A model generated the notes under the pieces. That model did no database searches and was not told the origin of the DNA. It was given only the letters and a program-made list of their open reading frames with translations. Shown here one piece after another: positions 26,023-36,400 of a DNA stretch of 43,302 bases. Position 1 is the first letter of the stretch; each line of letters starts with the position of its first letter. The translations under genes were made by a program, and so were the position numbers. Origin of the DNA: a virus (taxonomy: Duplodnaviria > Caudoviricetes); IMG/VR virus record IMGVR_UViG_3300022670_000174, positions 1 through 43,302 of that record; one strand, 5' to 3'.

Positions 26023-26300
26023 TCTACCTCGCTTGATATTCGTTTTAATAAATCTTCAGCTTTCCATTTTGATACACACAACACGTCGTGTGATGTTCCA
26101 TGTTCGACTGAAGCATGCAATTCACCCAATACCGCAACTAGTTCATCATGGTGGTTAATGGCGTGTACTATTACATCAGCTTCGTCTGAGCACATTGTGC
26201 TACAAACAAGAAGTTCATCTATATCATCAATATAATAAGAATATTTGTCGGCGTTTTTTACTTTATTTACAGGTAGCGCTATTACATCTGACATTCTCAT
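26019..26300 (-). CDS. Hypothetical protein
   Basis: 93 aa, GAGGTG RBS, ATGA overlap. Confidence 0.65.
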   Translation of the reverse strand: MRMSDVIALPVNKVKNADKYSYYIDDIDELLVCSTMCSDEADVIVHAINHHDELVAVLGELHASVEHGTSHDVLCVSKWKAEDLLKRISSEVE

Positions 26301-26826
26301 GATTTCACCTCACTAATCTTCCTCAATAACGCAATAGCAGTAAAAGCCGATCTAACACTAACCCTAACGTGTTCATCGTCTAATGATGGGTGAAGCGTGG
26401 CGGATTCCATTAATCCGTTTAGTGCTTCGAATAGTTCGTTTCGTTCTTTTTCTAAGTCGGTTTTGTTGTCACCACTCAGCATTTCCTTGGTGATTGGAAA
26501 AGTAAACCCCTCGCTAATTCCTGTTGATAAATCCAATAACAAACCACCACTAGGTTTTTCTGTTAGTTTAACCCATTCACCATTAACTAACGAAAACCAA
26601 TAACCGCCTTTCTCTTTTATTTTTGCCCAAGGATTACCAGTTCTTATAAAGTAATGAGTATGGCAGTTACTTTTTTTGGCCCTAATCCATGTGGAAAAAC
26701 GGGGGCAGAATCAACGGAGGTACATTTGTGCCCTGTTGTTATTCTGCCACCAATTAGATCTTCGTAGCTCCTGTGTCCACCAACACACATTTCATTAAGC
26801 TCCTTTTGTGATATTACTGTTTTCAT
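26297..26826 (-). pseudogene. Single ~176-aa gene split by a -1 frameshift (track ORFs 26644-26826 and 26297-26542)
   Basis: The frame of 26297-26542 stays open upstream to 26710 without a start codon and overlaps the 26644-26826 ORF in the -1 frame. Confidence 0.55.
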
Positions 26827-26987
26827 GATTTACGCTCCAATTTATCAATCTCGCCAACAAGCCAATCATGTTCGACGTGATCAACCTTTTCATACTTACG
26901 ATACGTTCTCAAAGAAACACCAATTACACGAACAAACTCGTTTAATTTATATCCATTTGCCTTTATTTTCTTGGTTAGTGTGTTCAT
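26823..26987 (-). CDS. XRE-like HTH regulator (54 aa), not in ORF track
   Basis: MNTLTKKIKANGYKLNEFVRVIGVSLRTYRKYEKVDHVEHDWLVGEIDKLERKS; GGGGA RBS; first gene of the inverted cassette. Confidence 0.7.
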   Translation of the reverse strand: MNTLTKKIKANGYKLNEFVRVIGVSLRTYRKYEKVDHVEHDWLVGEIDKLERKS

Positions 26988-27019
26988 ATATCCCCGTTAA
27001 ATTAACATCGTTATGATTC

Positions 27020-27047
27020 ATAATACACCGTTTTACATTGTTTTCAA
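27020..27047 (-). promoter_or_regulatory. Promoter of the inverted cassette
   Basis: Minus strand TTGAAA(27047-27042)-16 bp-TATTAT(27025-27020). Confidence 0.6.
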
Positions 27048-27054
27048 CTCTATT

Positions 27055-27082
27055 TTGATTTAATTCACTAAGGTGTTAAAAT
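27055..27082 (+). promoter_or_regulatory. Promoter re-initiating tail gene transcription
   Basis: TTGATT(27055-27060)-16 bp-TAAAAT(27077-27082) with extended -10 TG. Confidence 0.6.
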
Positions 27083-27102
27083 CAGATAAAAGAGGATTCA
27101 GC

Positions 27103-27471
27103 ATGGCATACGATTATTCAAGAGCGGCAGCAACAGCAGAACGGATGATAACGCATTTTGGCGGCGGTGAATCTGGCGCGCAGTTAATAAGACCAGCCGG
27201 TGAACCGGTATTCAACGAAATCACTGAAGAAATGGATATTCCAGCATCAACAACAGACAATGTTAACGCTGTAAAATCAAAGGCTGAAGATGGTTTAGTT
27301 GACGGAACTGTGATTGAAGAAAATATGTCTGTTTTCTTGCTTGATAACAATGTTGTTCCGAGTCAGGATGATAAACTTAAAATAGATGGTTTGGAGCACA
27401 GCATTGTAAGAATAATCGAAATAAAACCGGCCGATATTGTTGTTTTCTACAAATTAATAGTCATGCGTTAA
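27103..27471 (+). CDS. Head closure (stopper) protein
   Basis: MAYDYSRAAATAERMITHFG...VDGTVI...IKPADIVVFYKL; start at ATG 27103 after AGAGGA. Confidence 0.75.
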   Translation: MAYDYSRAAATAERMITHFGGGESGAQLIRPAGEPVFNEITEEMDIPASTTDNVNAVKSKAEDGLVDGTVIEENMSVFLLDNNVVPSQDDKLKIDGLEHSIVRIIEIKPADIVVFYKLIVMR

Positions 27472-27472
27472 A

Positions 27473-27904
27473 ATGGGATCATTCGGCAGGGCGGTAAATA
27501 GATTTGCTTTAACTGTAGCAAAGACCAATGAAAAAATTGTTAGGTCAACAACGATTGAATTATTTACAGGTATATTAATCCAATCACCAAAAGATACAGG
27601 TTTGTTTCAAGCAAACTGGTTTGTAACTGGTAAGTCTCCAAGTGTTAAAACAACAAAAAGCACATCGGTAAACATTGATGCCATATCAAAAAAGGTTATC
27701 TCTTTGCAAGACTGGTCTATTTTCCATTTTACAAACAACTTTCCATCTGCCAACGTTATAGAATTCGGCGGCTATCCAAATCCGGCACAAACAGGTAATA
27801 AAACAGTTAATGGTTTTTCAAAGATGGCACCTAAAGGAATGGTTAGGGTTACGATTCTCAAATTTAATGGTATAATTACCAAAAATGCCCGGAAGAATAA
27901 ATAA
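27473..27904 (+). CDS. Tail completion/neck protein (HK97 gp10-like)
   Basis: SPKDTGLFQANW, IEFG, GFSKMAPKGMV motifs. Confidence 0.8.
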   Translation: MGSFGRAVNRFALTVAKTNEKIVRSTTIELFTGILIQSPKDTGLFQANWFVTGKSPSVKTTKSTSVNIDAISKKVISLQDWSIFHFTNNFPSANVIEFGGYPNPAQTGNKTVNGFSKMAPKGMVRVTILKFNGIITKNARKNK

Positions 27905-28321
27905 ATGGCTACATATTTTGAAGACCTAACAAAAGTTTTTGATGCTTTGTTGATCCAATTCGGTCTTGATAATTCCATTGAAGTCCAGCTTGAAAACATT
28001 AAAGCACCAACAGACACAAGTAAACCTTATTTATACGGCACCCAATTCATATCAAGTACAGAGCAAGCCGACCTAAGTGTCAATGAAGTTAGAGTAGGAT
28101 TTTATCAAGTAGACGTTAATTTTGCATCCTTCAAAGGGTCAGCAAACCTTAACAGAATGGCCGATCTACTCAACGCAGCATTTAAAACGGGCCAAGAATT
28201 GATTAAAAACGATATTTGTTTAACAATAGAGTCCGTTGATATCACAAATATTGATATTGCTAATGGTTGGGCCACAAGGTCAATGACTATAAACTGGCAA
28301 GTTAACACACCGAGGATCTAG
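27905..28321 (+). CDS. Tail terminator protein
   Basis: 138 aa before the tail tube gene; GFYQVDV, ADLLNAAF pattern. Confidence 0.72.
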   Translation: MATYFEDLTKVFDALLIQFGLDNSIEVQLENIKAPTDTSKPYLYGTQFISSTEQADLSVNEVRVGFYQVDVNFASFKGSANLNRMADLLNAAFKTGQELIKNDICLTIESVDITNIDIANGWATRSMTINWQVNTPRI

Positions 28322-28324
28322 ATC

Positions 28325-29488
28325 ATGTCACAGGAACAGCCGTTTAGCGGCTCAATATCAAAACAATACTATATTGTAGAGGTTGTTTGTGGCGTAACGC
28401 CAACAAGTCCAGCCTGGACACAAATTCGAGGCACTAGCGGCGTCCCTGCTGTAGTTAAAGATGCCTTGCAGTCTAACGAGCTTGAAGGTAGCCGCGAAGT
28501 TATCGACATCTTTACCGGCAACGAACAGGTTAACGGTGAATTTGCCGTTGAGCTATCACATACCAGCCAAGACGATTTGCTTGAATCTGCGATGGGTGCC
28601 GCTTTCGTCACTGGTGGCACTGATGCCGCTTTATCAATCACAGTTCTCGCGTCTGCCAAGACATTTACTAGGTCGGCTGGTGATTTTACGTCGAATACGT
28701 CTGTCGGTGATTTGGTTCAATTTCCAGATTTAGCAGGTAATAATGCTGATCCGTTTATTGTAACCGCCGTTACAGCAACAGTTATTACTGGCGGCGGCAT
28801 TACTAAAACGTTAACCGATGAATCAACTACTAGTGATTTTGATCGCGGTGATAAATTATCAGTTGGTAGTGTATTAAAAACATTCTCTATATTGACCGAA
28901 TTAAATGGCAATGGCGGCACAACAACACAATTCTTGTTAACTACTGGTGTTCAATTTACCGGGTTTAATTATGATATTGCTGTAAATGCTATTGTTACTG
29001 GTGCTTTCCCGTTCATTGGTAGAGCAATGACAATTAGCGGCACGGCCCCAAGCGGTTCAACCTTCCCCGCAGTTGGCACAACAAAACCATTTACGGGCGT
29101 CGATGGTAAAGTCTGTGATAGTGGCGCGGTATTGGCTGGTATTACAACAATCAATATTGCCAACGACAATGATGCAAGCGCACAATTCGAGTTAGGTGAT
29201 AAGTCTGTTGAATTTGTTGAACGCGGCAACGCTTCAAATACATTCAGCGCAACGGCGTTTATGCGTGATACTGATTTACTAACAAAATATGTAGATGAAA
29301 CAGACGTTAATATTTCAGTCGTTGTGAATGGCCCGTCTGGTTCGATGTCTTTCAGCCTAGAAACTGCCAGGTTAACAAATGTTGCGCCTGATATTGGTGG
29401 CCCGGCTAGCATCACCCAAACAATTGAAGGAACCGGTAAAGGTTCATCAACGCAAAGTTCATTAATCATTCAAAGGTTATTACCATAA
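28325..29488 (+). CDS. Major tail tube protein
   Basis: 387 aa; E...GVTPTSPAW, LQSNEL..SR motifs; followed by the chaperone pair and tape measure. Confidence 0.85.
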   Translation: MSQEQPFSGSISKQYYIVEVVCGVTPTSPAWTQIRGTSGVPAVVKDALQSNELEGSREVIDIFTGNEQVNGEFAVELSHTSQDDLLESAMGAAFVTGGTDAALSITVLASAKTFTRSAGDFTSNTSVGDLVQFPDLAGNNADPFIVTAVTATVITGGGITKTLTDESTTSDFDRGDKLSVGSVLKTFSILTELNGNGGTTTQFLLTTGVQFTGFNYDIAVNAIVTGAFPFIGRAMTISGTAPSGSTFPAVGTTKPFTGVDGKVCDSGAVLAGITTINIANDNDASAQFELGDKSVEFVERGNASNTFSATAFMRDTDLLTKYVDETDVNISVVVNGPSGSMSFSLETARLTNVAPDIGGPASITQTIEGTGKGSSTQSSLIIQRLLP

Positions 29489-29910
29489 TGGCTAAAACTA
29501 AAACACCAAAATATAGCATTGAGAATTTTTTTACATCGTCTTTAAGTTCATCAGGCTCCAAACTTGCACTAACACTGCCTAGTGGAACTAAAACTGATGA
29601 ATATTTGTTAGTTATGGGTTATCACGCCGATGAAATGGAAGATTGCCGTGAAGCTGGTCAACGTGCTAGCGCTCAATTAGATAAAGATTTGGCTAAGTTG
29701 AAAGAAGGCTCTAAAGAATATATAAAATTGAAAACGGATGGGTTGATTGATATTCATACCTCAATTGCAATGGTGGCTGTTATCGGTTTTTCATTCGATA
29801 AATTCAGTAAAAAATTACTTAAAAGGCTGTTGGTGGAAAATAAAACCGCATTACCTTTTGCGGTTACTGCTCATGCAGCCAATAGCGAGAATTATTTTAA
29901 AAAAAAGTAA
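29488..29910 (+). CDS. Tail assembly chaperone (gpG-like)
   Basis: Position; ends TTT AAA AAA AAG TAA at a slippery site. Confidence 0.8.
   Translation: MAKTKTPKYSIENFFTSSLSSSGSKLALTLPSGTKTDEYLLVMGYHADEMEDCREAGQRASAQLDKDLAKLKEGSKEYIKLKTDGLIDIHTSIAMVAVIGFSFDKFSKKLLKRLLVENKTALPFAVTAHAANSENYFKKK
29896..29910 (+). other. Programmed -1 ribosomal frameshift site
   Basis: A AAA AAG heptamer at 29901-29907; the -1 frame runs open into 29919-30266. Confidence 0.8.
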
Positions 29911-29918
29911 ATGATTTT

Positions 29919-30266
29919 TTGGCTTATTGTCGATATCAAGCTGACAATAGCCGACCACATAGCGCCGGTGGCACAGAGGGCGATCATAAAAAAGCCCTAA
30001 TTGAACAGGGCTTTCTTGATCCAGAACCGGAAACAGAGTTACCAGAAGAGTTTTGGCCCATATATGATATTTATTTTGATTTAAAGTACACTAGGGCAAG
30101 CAGCGTTAGAAATGATGAAGTTATCACGGTGTTAATACCTGTTGAATCAATCACGTTTGAAATGATAACCGCATACAGTAAATTGTACGGAAGAAAATTC
30201 GAACGGTGGGAAATAGACCTGATAAGACGTGCAGACGCAACACAAAATTACTATTCGAGGTGTTAA
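29919..30266 (+). CDS. Tail assembly chaperone extension (gpT-like, made as a G-T fusion)
   Basis: -1 frame relative to gpG, no good independent RBS; ITFEMITAY...WEIDLIRRAD. Confidence 0.75.
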   Translation: MAYCRYQADNSRPHSAGGTEGDHKKALIEQGFLDPEPETELPEEFWPIYDIYFDLKYTRASSVRNDEVITVLIPVESITFEMITAYSKLYGRKFERWEIDLIRRADATQNYYSRC

Positions 30267-30269
30267 ACC

Positions 30270-32324
30270 ATGCCAGAAACAGCACGATTAACGGCGGTAG
30301 TCGAAACCAAAGGCGCTAAGGCTGCTGACAGAGATTTAAAAAAGCTTGGTAAAACAGCCGATAAAACCGAAAAGGAAGTTGTTGGACTTACCAAAAAAAC
30401 CAATAAATTAAACTCTACTTTAAAATCGACCGGCGCGGCAATCGCAGCTATTGACGGACCTCTTGGCGGTATAGCTTCACGTGTTAGCGCTGTAAACACA
30501 TTGATATCTTCCGGTGCTGCTGGTTTTGCTTTGCTTGGTGTTGGTATAACTGCTGTTTCCTTTGCTGTAATAAAGGGAACATTCGCACTTGATGCCTACG
30601 CTGTAAACCTAAAAAGAATTGAAGCAAACTTAAAAGCAACTGGCTTCGCTGCTGGTTTTACTGCTGAACAACTACTAGACCAAGCAAAGACGCTAGCCCG
30701 TGCAACGCTAACCAGCACGGAAGAAATACAGAAGGCACAAGCCGCACTTGTCACTTTTAAGTCAGTAGCGGGTGATACGTTTACTCGTGCAATTGAACTT
30801 GCTCAAGATATGGCCGAGGCTGGTTTTGGTAATTTGGCAACAAATGCCATTGGTTTAGGTCGAGCACTACAAGATCCAATTACCGGATTAACCTTATTAA
30901 CAAGGCAGGGATCACTTACCAGGGATCAGCAAAGAGAAATAGCCGACGAATTCAAACGAACGGGTGATATTGCACAGGCCCAAGGTGCGATACTTGCGGC
31001 GATTGCCGATCAAGTTGGTGGCGCTGCCGCTGCCGTTGCTGCTGGCACAATTGCGGGTGCTTTCGATACACTCACACAAGACACAGAAGAATTTACAATT
31101 TCTCTTGCCAGACTATTAGAAACTCAAGGTGCTGTGGCTTCGTTTTTCGCTACGTTATCATCGGGATTAAAATCTATTACCACTGGCGTTAATCTGGACG
31201 AAGACTTCAATAAGTTATTTTTAGAAAGGATTGAGCTATCAAAAGAGCTTGATGATGTTGGAAAAGGTCTTATTGGATCATTACAGCTTGAAGCATTTCA
31301 AGAATTAGACAGGGAGGCGCTTAGGTCGAAGATAGCAACCGTCGACGCTCAACTTGATGTAATAAAAACTAACCTTGCAGCGCAGAACGCAGCAGAACAA
31401 GTTGCTGCCGATAAGAGCGCTAAGATACAGGCAGATATTAACGCCTCAAATGTAAAATTAGCAAAAGAGCGTAACGATAAATTACAGGCAATTGAAGATA
31501 ATAAAACTGCCAAAATTGAAGCGGCAGAAGCTAAACGCGTTGAAGCACAAATGAATCGTGATGCTTCTCAATTAAATAGATTGATCGCTCTTGGTGACTC
31601 TGAACTTGACTCGATAAACAGAAAAGAAACTCAACGTTTAGATCTGTTGCGTACAATCAGAGAAAGAGAAGGTGAAGAGTTTGCCAATTTCGAACAAATA
31701 AAAACAGAAATACTAAAAGCGGGTATTGCTGATCGTGAAAGCTTAGAAGAAAAATCACAAAAAGCACAAAATGATTTAGAAGACGCTTCAAGGTCTGCGA
31801 AAATTGGATCTCAAATGGAAACATTGGGAACAATTGTGTCGCTCGCTTCTACTGGTAATAAAAAGCTGTTTGCTATTGCAAAAGCCGCCGCTATCGCTCA
31901 ATTGGCAATCGATTTGCCACGTTCAATCAGTACAGCGTTAGCATCTGCACCACCACCGTTTAACTTTGCGCTGGCTGCTGCTGTCGGCGTTGCTCATGCT
32001 GTTCAGGCTGCTGCTATATTTTCAGCCAAACCACCAGCGAGAGAGCAAGGCGGTCAATTTGCAGCGGGTCAACAATTTGTGATGAATGAGCGCGGCCAAG
32101 AAGCTGTAATATTTGATTCGCCTGGCAGGGTATTAAACGCACAACAAACGAGAAACTTGCAAAACCAAAGACCGGATGAACAAGGTGAAAGAAACTTAAA
32201 CGTATCATTTAATGTTGTAGCACCAAATAATACAAGCATTGAGGAATTCATAGTAAACCGTAGAAGTTTATTTTTCGGTATGTTTACAGATTTTATGGAT
32301 CGAAGACAGGCAGGGCTTTCATAA
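30270..32324 (+). CDS. Tail tape measure protein
   Basis: 684 aa Ala-rich helical protein; LGRALQDPITGLT, REQGG and MNERGQE motifs. Confidence 0.9.
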   Translation: MPETARLTAVVETKGAKAADRDLKKLGKTADKTEKEVVGLTKKTNKLNSTLKSTGAAIAAIDGPLGGIASRVSAVNTLISSGAAGFALLGVGITAVSFAVIKGTFALDAYAVNLKRIEANLKATGFAAGFTAEQLLDQAKTLARATLTSTEEIQKAQAALVTFKSVAGDTFTRAIELAQDMAEAGFGNLATNAIGLGRALQDPITGLTLLTRQGSLTRDQQREIADEFKRTGDIAQAQGAILAAIADQVGGAAAAVAAGTIAGAFDTLTQDTEEFTISLARLLETQGAVASFFATLSSGLKSITTGVNLDEDFNKLFLERIELSKELDDVGKGLIGSLQLEAFQELDREALRSKIATVDAQLDVIKTNLAAQNAAEQVAADKSAKIQADINASNVKLAKERNDKLQAIEDNKTAKIEAAEAKRVEAQMNRDASQLNRLIALGDSELDSINRKETQRLDLLRTIREREGEEFANFEQIKTEILKAGIADRESLEEKSQKAQNDLEDASRSAKIGSQMETLGTIVSLASTGNKKLFAIAKAAAIAQLAIDLPRSISTALASAPPPFNFALAAAVGVAHAVQAAAIFSAKPPAREQGGQFAAGQQFVMNERGQEAVIFDSPGRVLNAQQTRNLQNQRPDEQGERNLNVSFNVVAPNNTSIEEFIVNRRSLFFGMFTDFMDRRQAGLS

Positions 32325-32929
32325 TGGCAACTTTTCCGAGCGGTATAACATTCAAAAGCATCACGCTAAAAACCAAGTACAATAATTTTGCAACGGGCTC
32401 ACGTAGCTTTAAAACTATTGTTCGTGGTACACCAGCGCAACAATATGAAGTTGTATTAAGAACGTCGAATCTTAATGATGATGATTTTCGCGTTATGCAA
32501 TCATTCATTGACTCGCTTGATGGCAAACAAGGTACTTTTGATTTAGCTCTGCCAAAATATTCAATTGCTCGCGGCGTTGCCACTGGTTCACCTATCGTAA
32601 GCAGCTCAAAAGCTATCGGTGATACATCGATCCCGGTTAGCGGCTATACTGCGCTGGTTACAGGTATTGCCAAGGATGGCGATTTTATTCGGTTTGGAAA
32701 TCATTCAAAGGTTTACCAAGTAAAAATCGATGTAAATAGCGATGCCGGAGGCGAAACAACATTAACGATTAATCCTGGCTTATTGATTGCCGTACCTTCA
32801 ACAACAGCTATCACCGTAACAAACACACCGTTTAACTTTCGGTTACTTGGTGATGTTCAAGAATTTACCGCGACAACCCGCGCTAGGTTTCCAAGCCTTG
32901 AACTAATGCTTGAAGAAACATTACTATGA
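32324..32929 (+). CDS. Distal tail protein (Dit-like)
   Basis: Directly after the TMP; FIDSLDG..GTF, GDFIRFGNHSKVY, I.P.L motifs. Confidence 0.7.
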   Translation: MATFPSGITFKSITLKTKYNNFATGSRSFKTIVRGTPAQQYEVVLRTSNLNDDDFRVMQSFIDSLDGKQGTFDLALPKYSIARGVATGSPIVSSSKAIGDTSIPVSGYTALVTGIAKDGDFIRFGNHSKVYQVKIDVNSDAGGETTLTINPGLLIAVPSTTAITVTNTPFNFRLLGDVQEFTATTRARFPSLELMLEETLL

Positions 32930-33477
32930 TCACATTACCAGCGGGTATTCAAGCGGCGATATTAACCGATCACATTTTTGCCCATTTGATTAAACTGGAT
33001 CTAACACCTACACCAATTTTTTTAACCGAAGCAAACCATTCGATTTCTTTCGGTGGTGACACGTATCTTGGAAACGGTATATTGTCAGTTATTGAAGCGG
33101 TTAATTTAAGATCTGAAGTTTCAACGGGTGAATTAAGGATAGAATTTTCTGGTGCTGATCAAACAATCATTCAATCTGTTTTAGCCAATCAACAAATAAA
33201 CCGCATTGTTACGATAAATAAAGCGTTTTTGAATGGCTCGACAATCATTGATACACCTATTGAGATATGGTCAGGGCTGATAACGGGTCATAGTATTGCA
33301 GACGAGCGAGGTGGTGAGGCAACCATACAATTAACCGTTGCTAGTGAATGGGCAGATTTTGAAAAAACAATTGGCAGACGCACCACATTAGCGAGTCAAC
33401 AAAAGTTTTTCCCCAATGATAAAGGTTTTGAATTCGCCGGTGAAACGGCAAAAGAGATTAAATGGGGCGTTAAATAA
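32926..33477 (+). CDS. Tail tip/baseplate hub protein (DUF2163/gpL-like)
   Basis: SQQKFFPNDKGFEF...IKWG C-terminus; position. Confidence 0.7.
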   Translation: MITLPAGIQAAILTDHIFAHLIKLDLTPTPIFLTEANHSISFGGDTYLGNGILSVIEAVNLRSEVSTGELRIEFSGADQTIIQSVLANQQINRIVTINKAFLNGSTIIDTPIEIWSGLITGHSIADERGGEATIQLTVASEWADFEKTIGRRTTLASQQKFFPNDKGFEFAGETAKEIKWGVK

Positions 33478-36400
33478 TGGGTTTTCTAAGTAAGCTAATA
33501 AAGTTTATTTTTAAGCTTGAGAGAAAGCTATTAAAATCATTCTTACCGGAAGAGGCTGAAACAGGTGTTCGCCTTGAAAAAAGCGGCACCGATCATAATA
33601 TCCCCGTTGTTTACGGAATTCGTAGAGTTCCAGCAATAAAAGTATTTAAACAAACTAGCGATTCTGACGCGGGATCTAAAAATGAAAACCTATGGATTGT
33701 TTGTGTATTTTGTGAAGGTGAAGTTGACGAAATAGAAGAAATATTTTTCAACGATATCAGCGAAAACGTAAAGCCATCTGAATTTTTAAATATTTTTAGA
33801 TTTACCGGTACTGATGCGCAAGTTGCCAATCCTGAATTAATATCAGAATTTCCAGTTCAATGGACATCAGCCCACAAATTAAGTGGTATTTGTTATGCTG
33901 TCATTCAGTTAATACAAAATAAAGATAATGATGTTTGGCAAGGTGAGCCAACAATCACAGCCAGAATACGAGGCAAGAAAGTTCTTGATGTTAGAACGGA
34001 CACAACCGCATATAGCACAAATCCGTCATTGTGTATTTATGATTACCTTATCAATTCTCGTTATGGTAAAACTGTTGCAACGGATAGAATAATTACACAA
34101 TCGTTTAAGGATGAAGCGGATTTATCAGAAACCCAAGAAGAGTATACCGAAACTGAAACAACTTTTGTGCTTGAGCCACCCGATTTTAGAACTTTTGAAA
34201 CGTTCACAAGCATTGTTGTTAAACAGAAAGATTTATTTACCTGTAATGTTGTTCTCGATACATCAGCAACCGTTTTATCAAACATCAATATTTTGCTATC
34301 GGGTATCCGTGGCATTATGCCATCAAGCGCCGGTAAGTTACGATTACAAATTGAAAACGCTGGTTCGTCTGTTTTTTCATTTAACGATGATAATATTGTC
34401 GGAGAAATAACGTCGGGTAGCGCCGGTAAAAACAATCGGTTTAATCGTGTTATTGTTAGATTTTCAAACGAACTTAAAAAATTCGAAGCTGATGAAGTAA
34501 TATTTCCGGCCCCTGGTAGCGCACTTGAGACAACATGGTTAACAGAAGATAATACGGTTGTACTTGAGAAGTCCTTCACTTTTGCCACGATAACAAATAC
34601 AGCAGAAGCTTTGCAGATGGCTGAAGTTGTTGCAAGGCGTTCGCGTGAGGATTTAACCGCATCATTTAAAGCGTTACCTGAAGCATTTGCACTTGAACCG
34701 GGTGATATTATCGACATTACCAACGATACGAGAGGATGGATTGCTAAACCATTCAGAATTGTATCGATAGGGCAAGATTACGATGGCTTAATTGATTTAC
34801 AATTTATCGAACATCAAAATTCTATTTATCCGTGGGCAGTTACTGATACAACAGAAGACATACCAGATACATTTTTAACCAGCCCTCAAGATATTTTAAC
34901 GACTGTTGGATTGACTTTTGTCGCGTTAATAGATGATTCTGATTTGCAATTTGAAATAACTTGGACTGATCCATTAAATTCGATGGTGACTCAGCACAGG
35001 TTTGAAGTGTTCGAAACAAGCGGGCCTCCTGTATTGATACAAGAGGGCGTTGTTACTGATAATAAAGTTCAATTTTCTGATTTTGTTGCTGGAACATATC
35101 AAATAAAGGTTTATGCTAAAAATGCTAGCTTTGAAGCAGATCCAGCGCTATTAAACTTATCGTTGATATTGCCAATTATACCGGATTCAATAACTGTTAC
35201 CCCAGGCATATTTGACATAACCGCTGTTCCCCAATTGTCAGGGGCAACTATTGGCGATCAGTTTGAATTCGCATTAGATACCACATCGCCAATTTTAGGC
35301 TTAGGTAAATCAATTGTATTCGCATCATTAGATCCAAACACTGAACATACTGTTTTTGCAAGGACTGTAAACGCATTAGGTAGATCAGCATTTGCTAGCC
35401 AGGTCGTAACAACGCTTTCTAGTGATGTTATTGTTGTTTTGATTGAATCAGAATGGCAAGACCAACTAGATCAAATACCTCGCATTTGGGATGAATTAGT
35501 TAGTGATATAGGCCAAATATTCGGTGACGGTTTAATAGATGCTGATGGCATAGTCAACCGTGACAAAATCAAGGAAGAAACAACGTTAAGAACGGAATCT
35601 ATAGCGGAAACAGACGCGACACTTGCTGAAGCACAAGTTGAATTAGACACACTAAACGACACGACAATACCGGTATTGAATGCACGTTTATTTGATGCTG
35701 AACAAGATTTAATTGTTGCTGAAGCCGACATAGTCACACTTAACACTGTTACTATTCCGGCGATAACCGCTGATATAAATACGATCAACACTGTTACTAT
35801 TCCGGCGATAACAGCCGACATAGATACTATCAACAACGTAACAATTCCAGCGATAACTGCTGACATTACGGATTTGGAAGATAAATTTCCAATCGGTACA
35901 ACTGACATATCGGATAACGCTATTTCAACGCCAAAACTTCAGGCTAATAGCGTAACAGCCGCTAAAATAGTGGCCCTAACAATTACAGCGTCAGAGATTG
36001 CAGCCCTAACTATTACGGGCGCAAAAATAGCCGCTTTAACGATAACAGCCGCAAACATAGCTGCATTAACAATATCAGCAGATAAGATAGTCGCACTTAC
36101 AATAACGGGCGATAAGATTGCAGCCTTAACGATATCAGGCGATAAGATTATTGCTAATACTATTTCAGCAGCTAAGATTGTCGCTAACACAATCACAGCC
36201 GCCGAGATTGCAGCCGATACAATTTCAGTTAATGAAATGGCAGCAAACAGTATTGGCACGTCTGAATTAATAGCAACAGCCGTCACAGCAAATGAAATTG
36301 CAGCAAATACTATTGTTGCTGGTAATATCGCAGCCTTAACAATTACTGCCGCTGAGATTTCAGCTAATGCAATAACAGCATCAAAAATACTTGCGGGCGC

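Noticed and set aside
26825-27016. Plus-strand 63-aa ORF from the track (also 25361-25573, 25799-26158, 26397-26603)
   Set aside because: The minus strand carries a coherent RBS-bearing overlapping gene chain, including an HTH at 26823-26987
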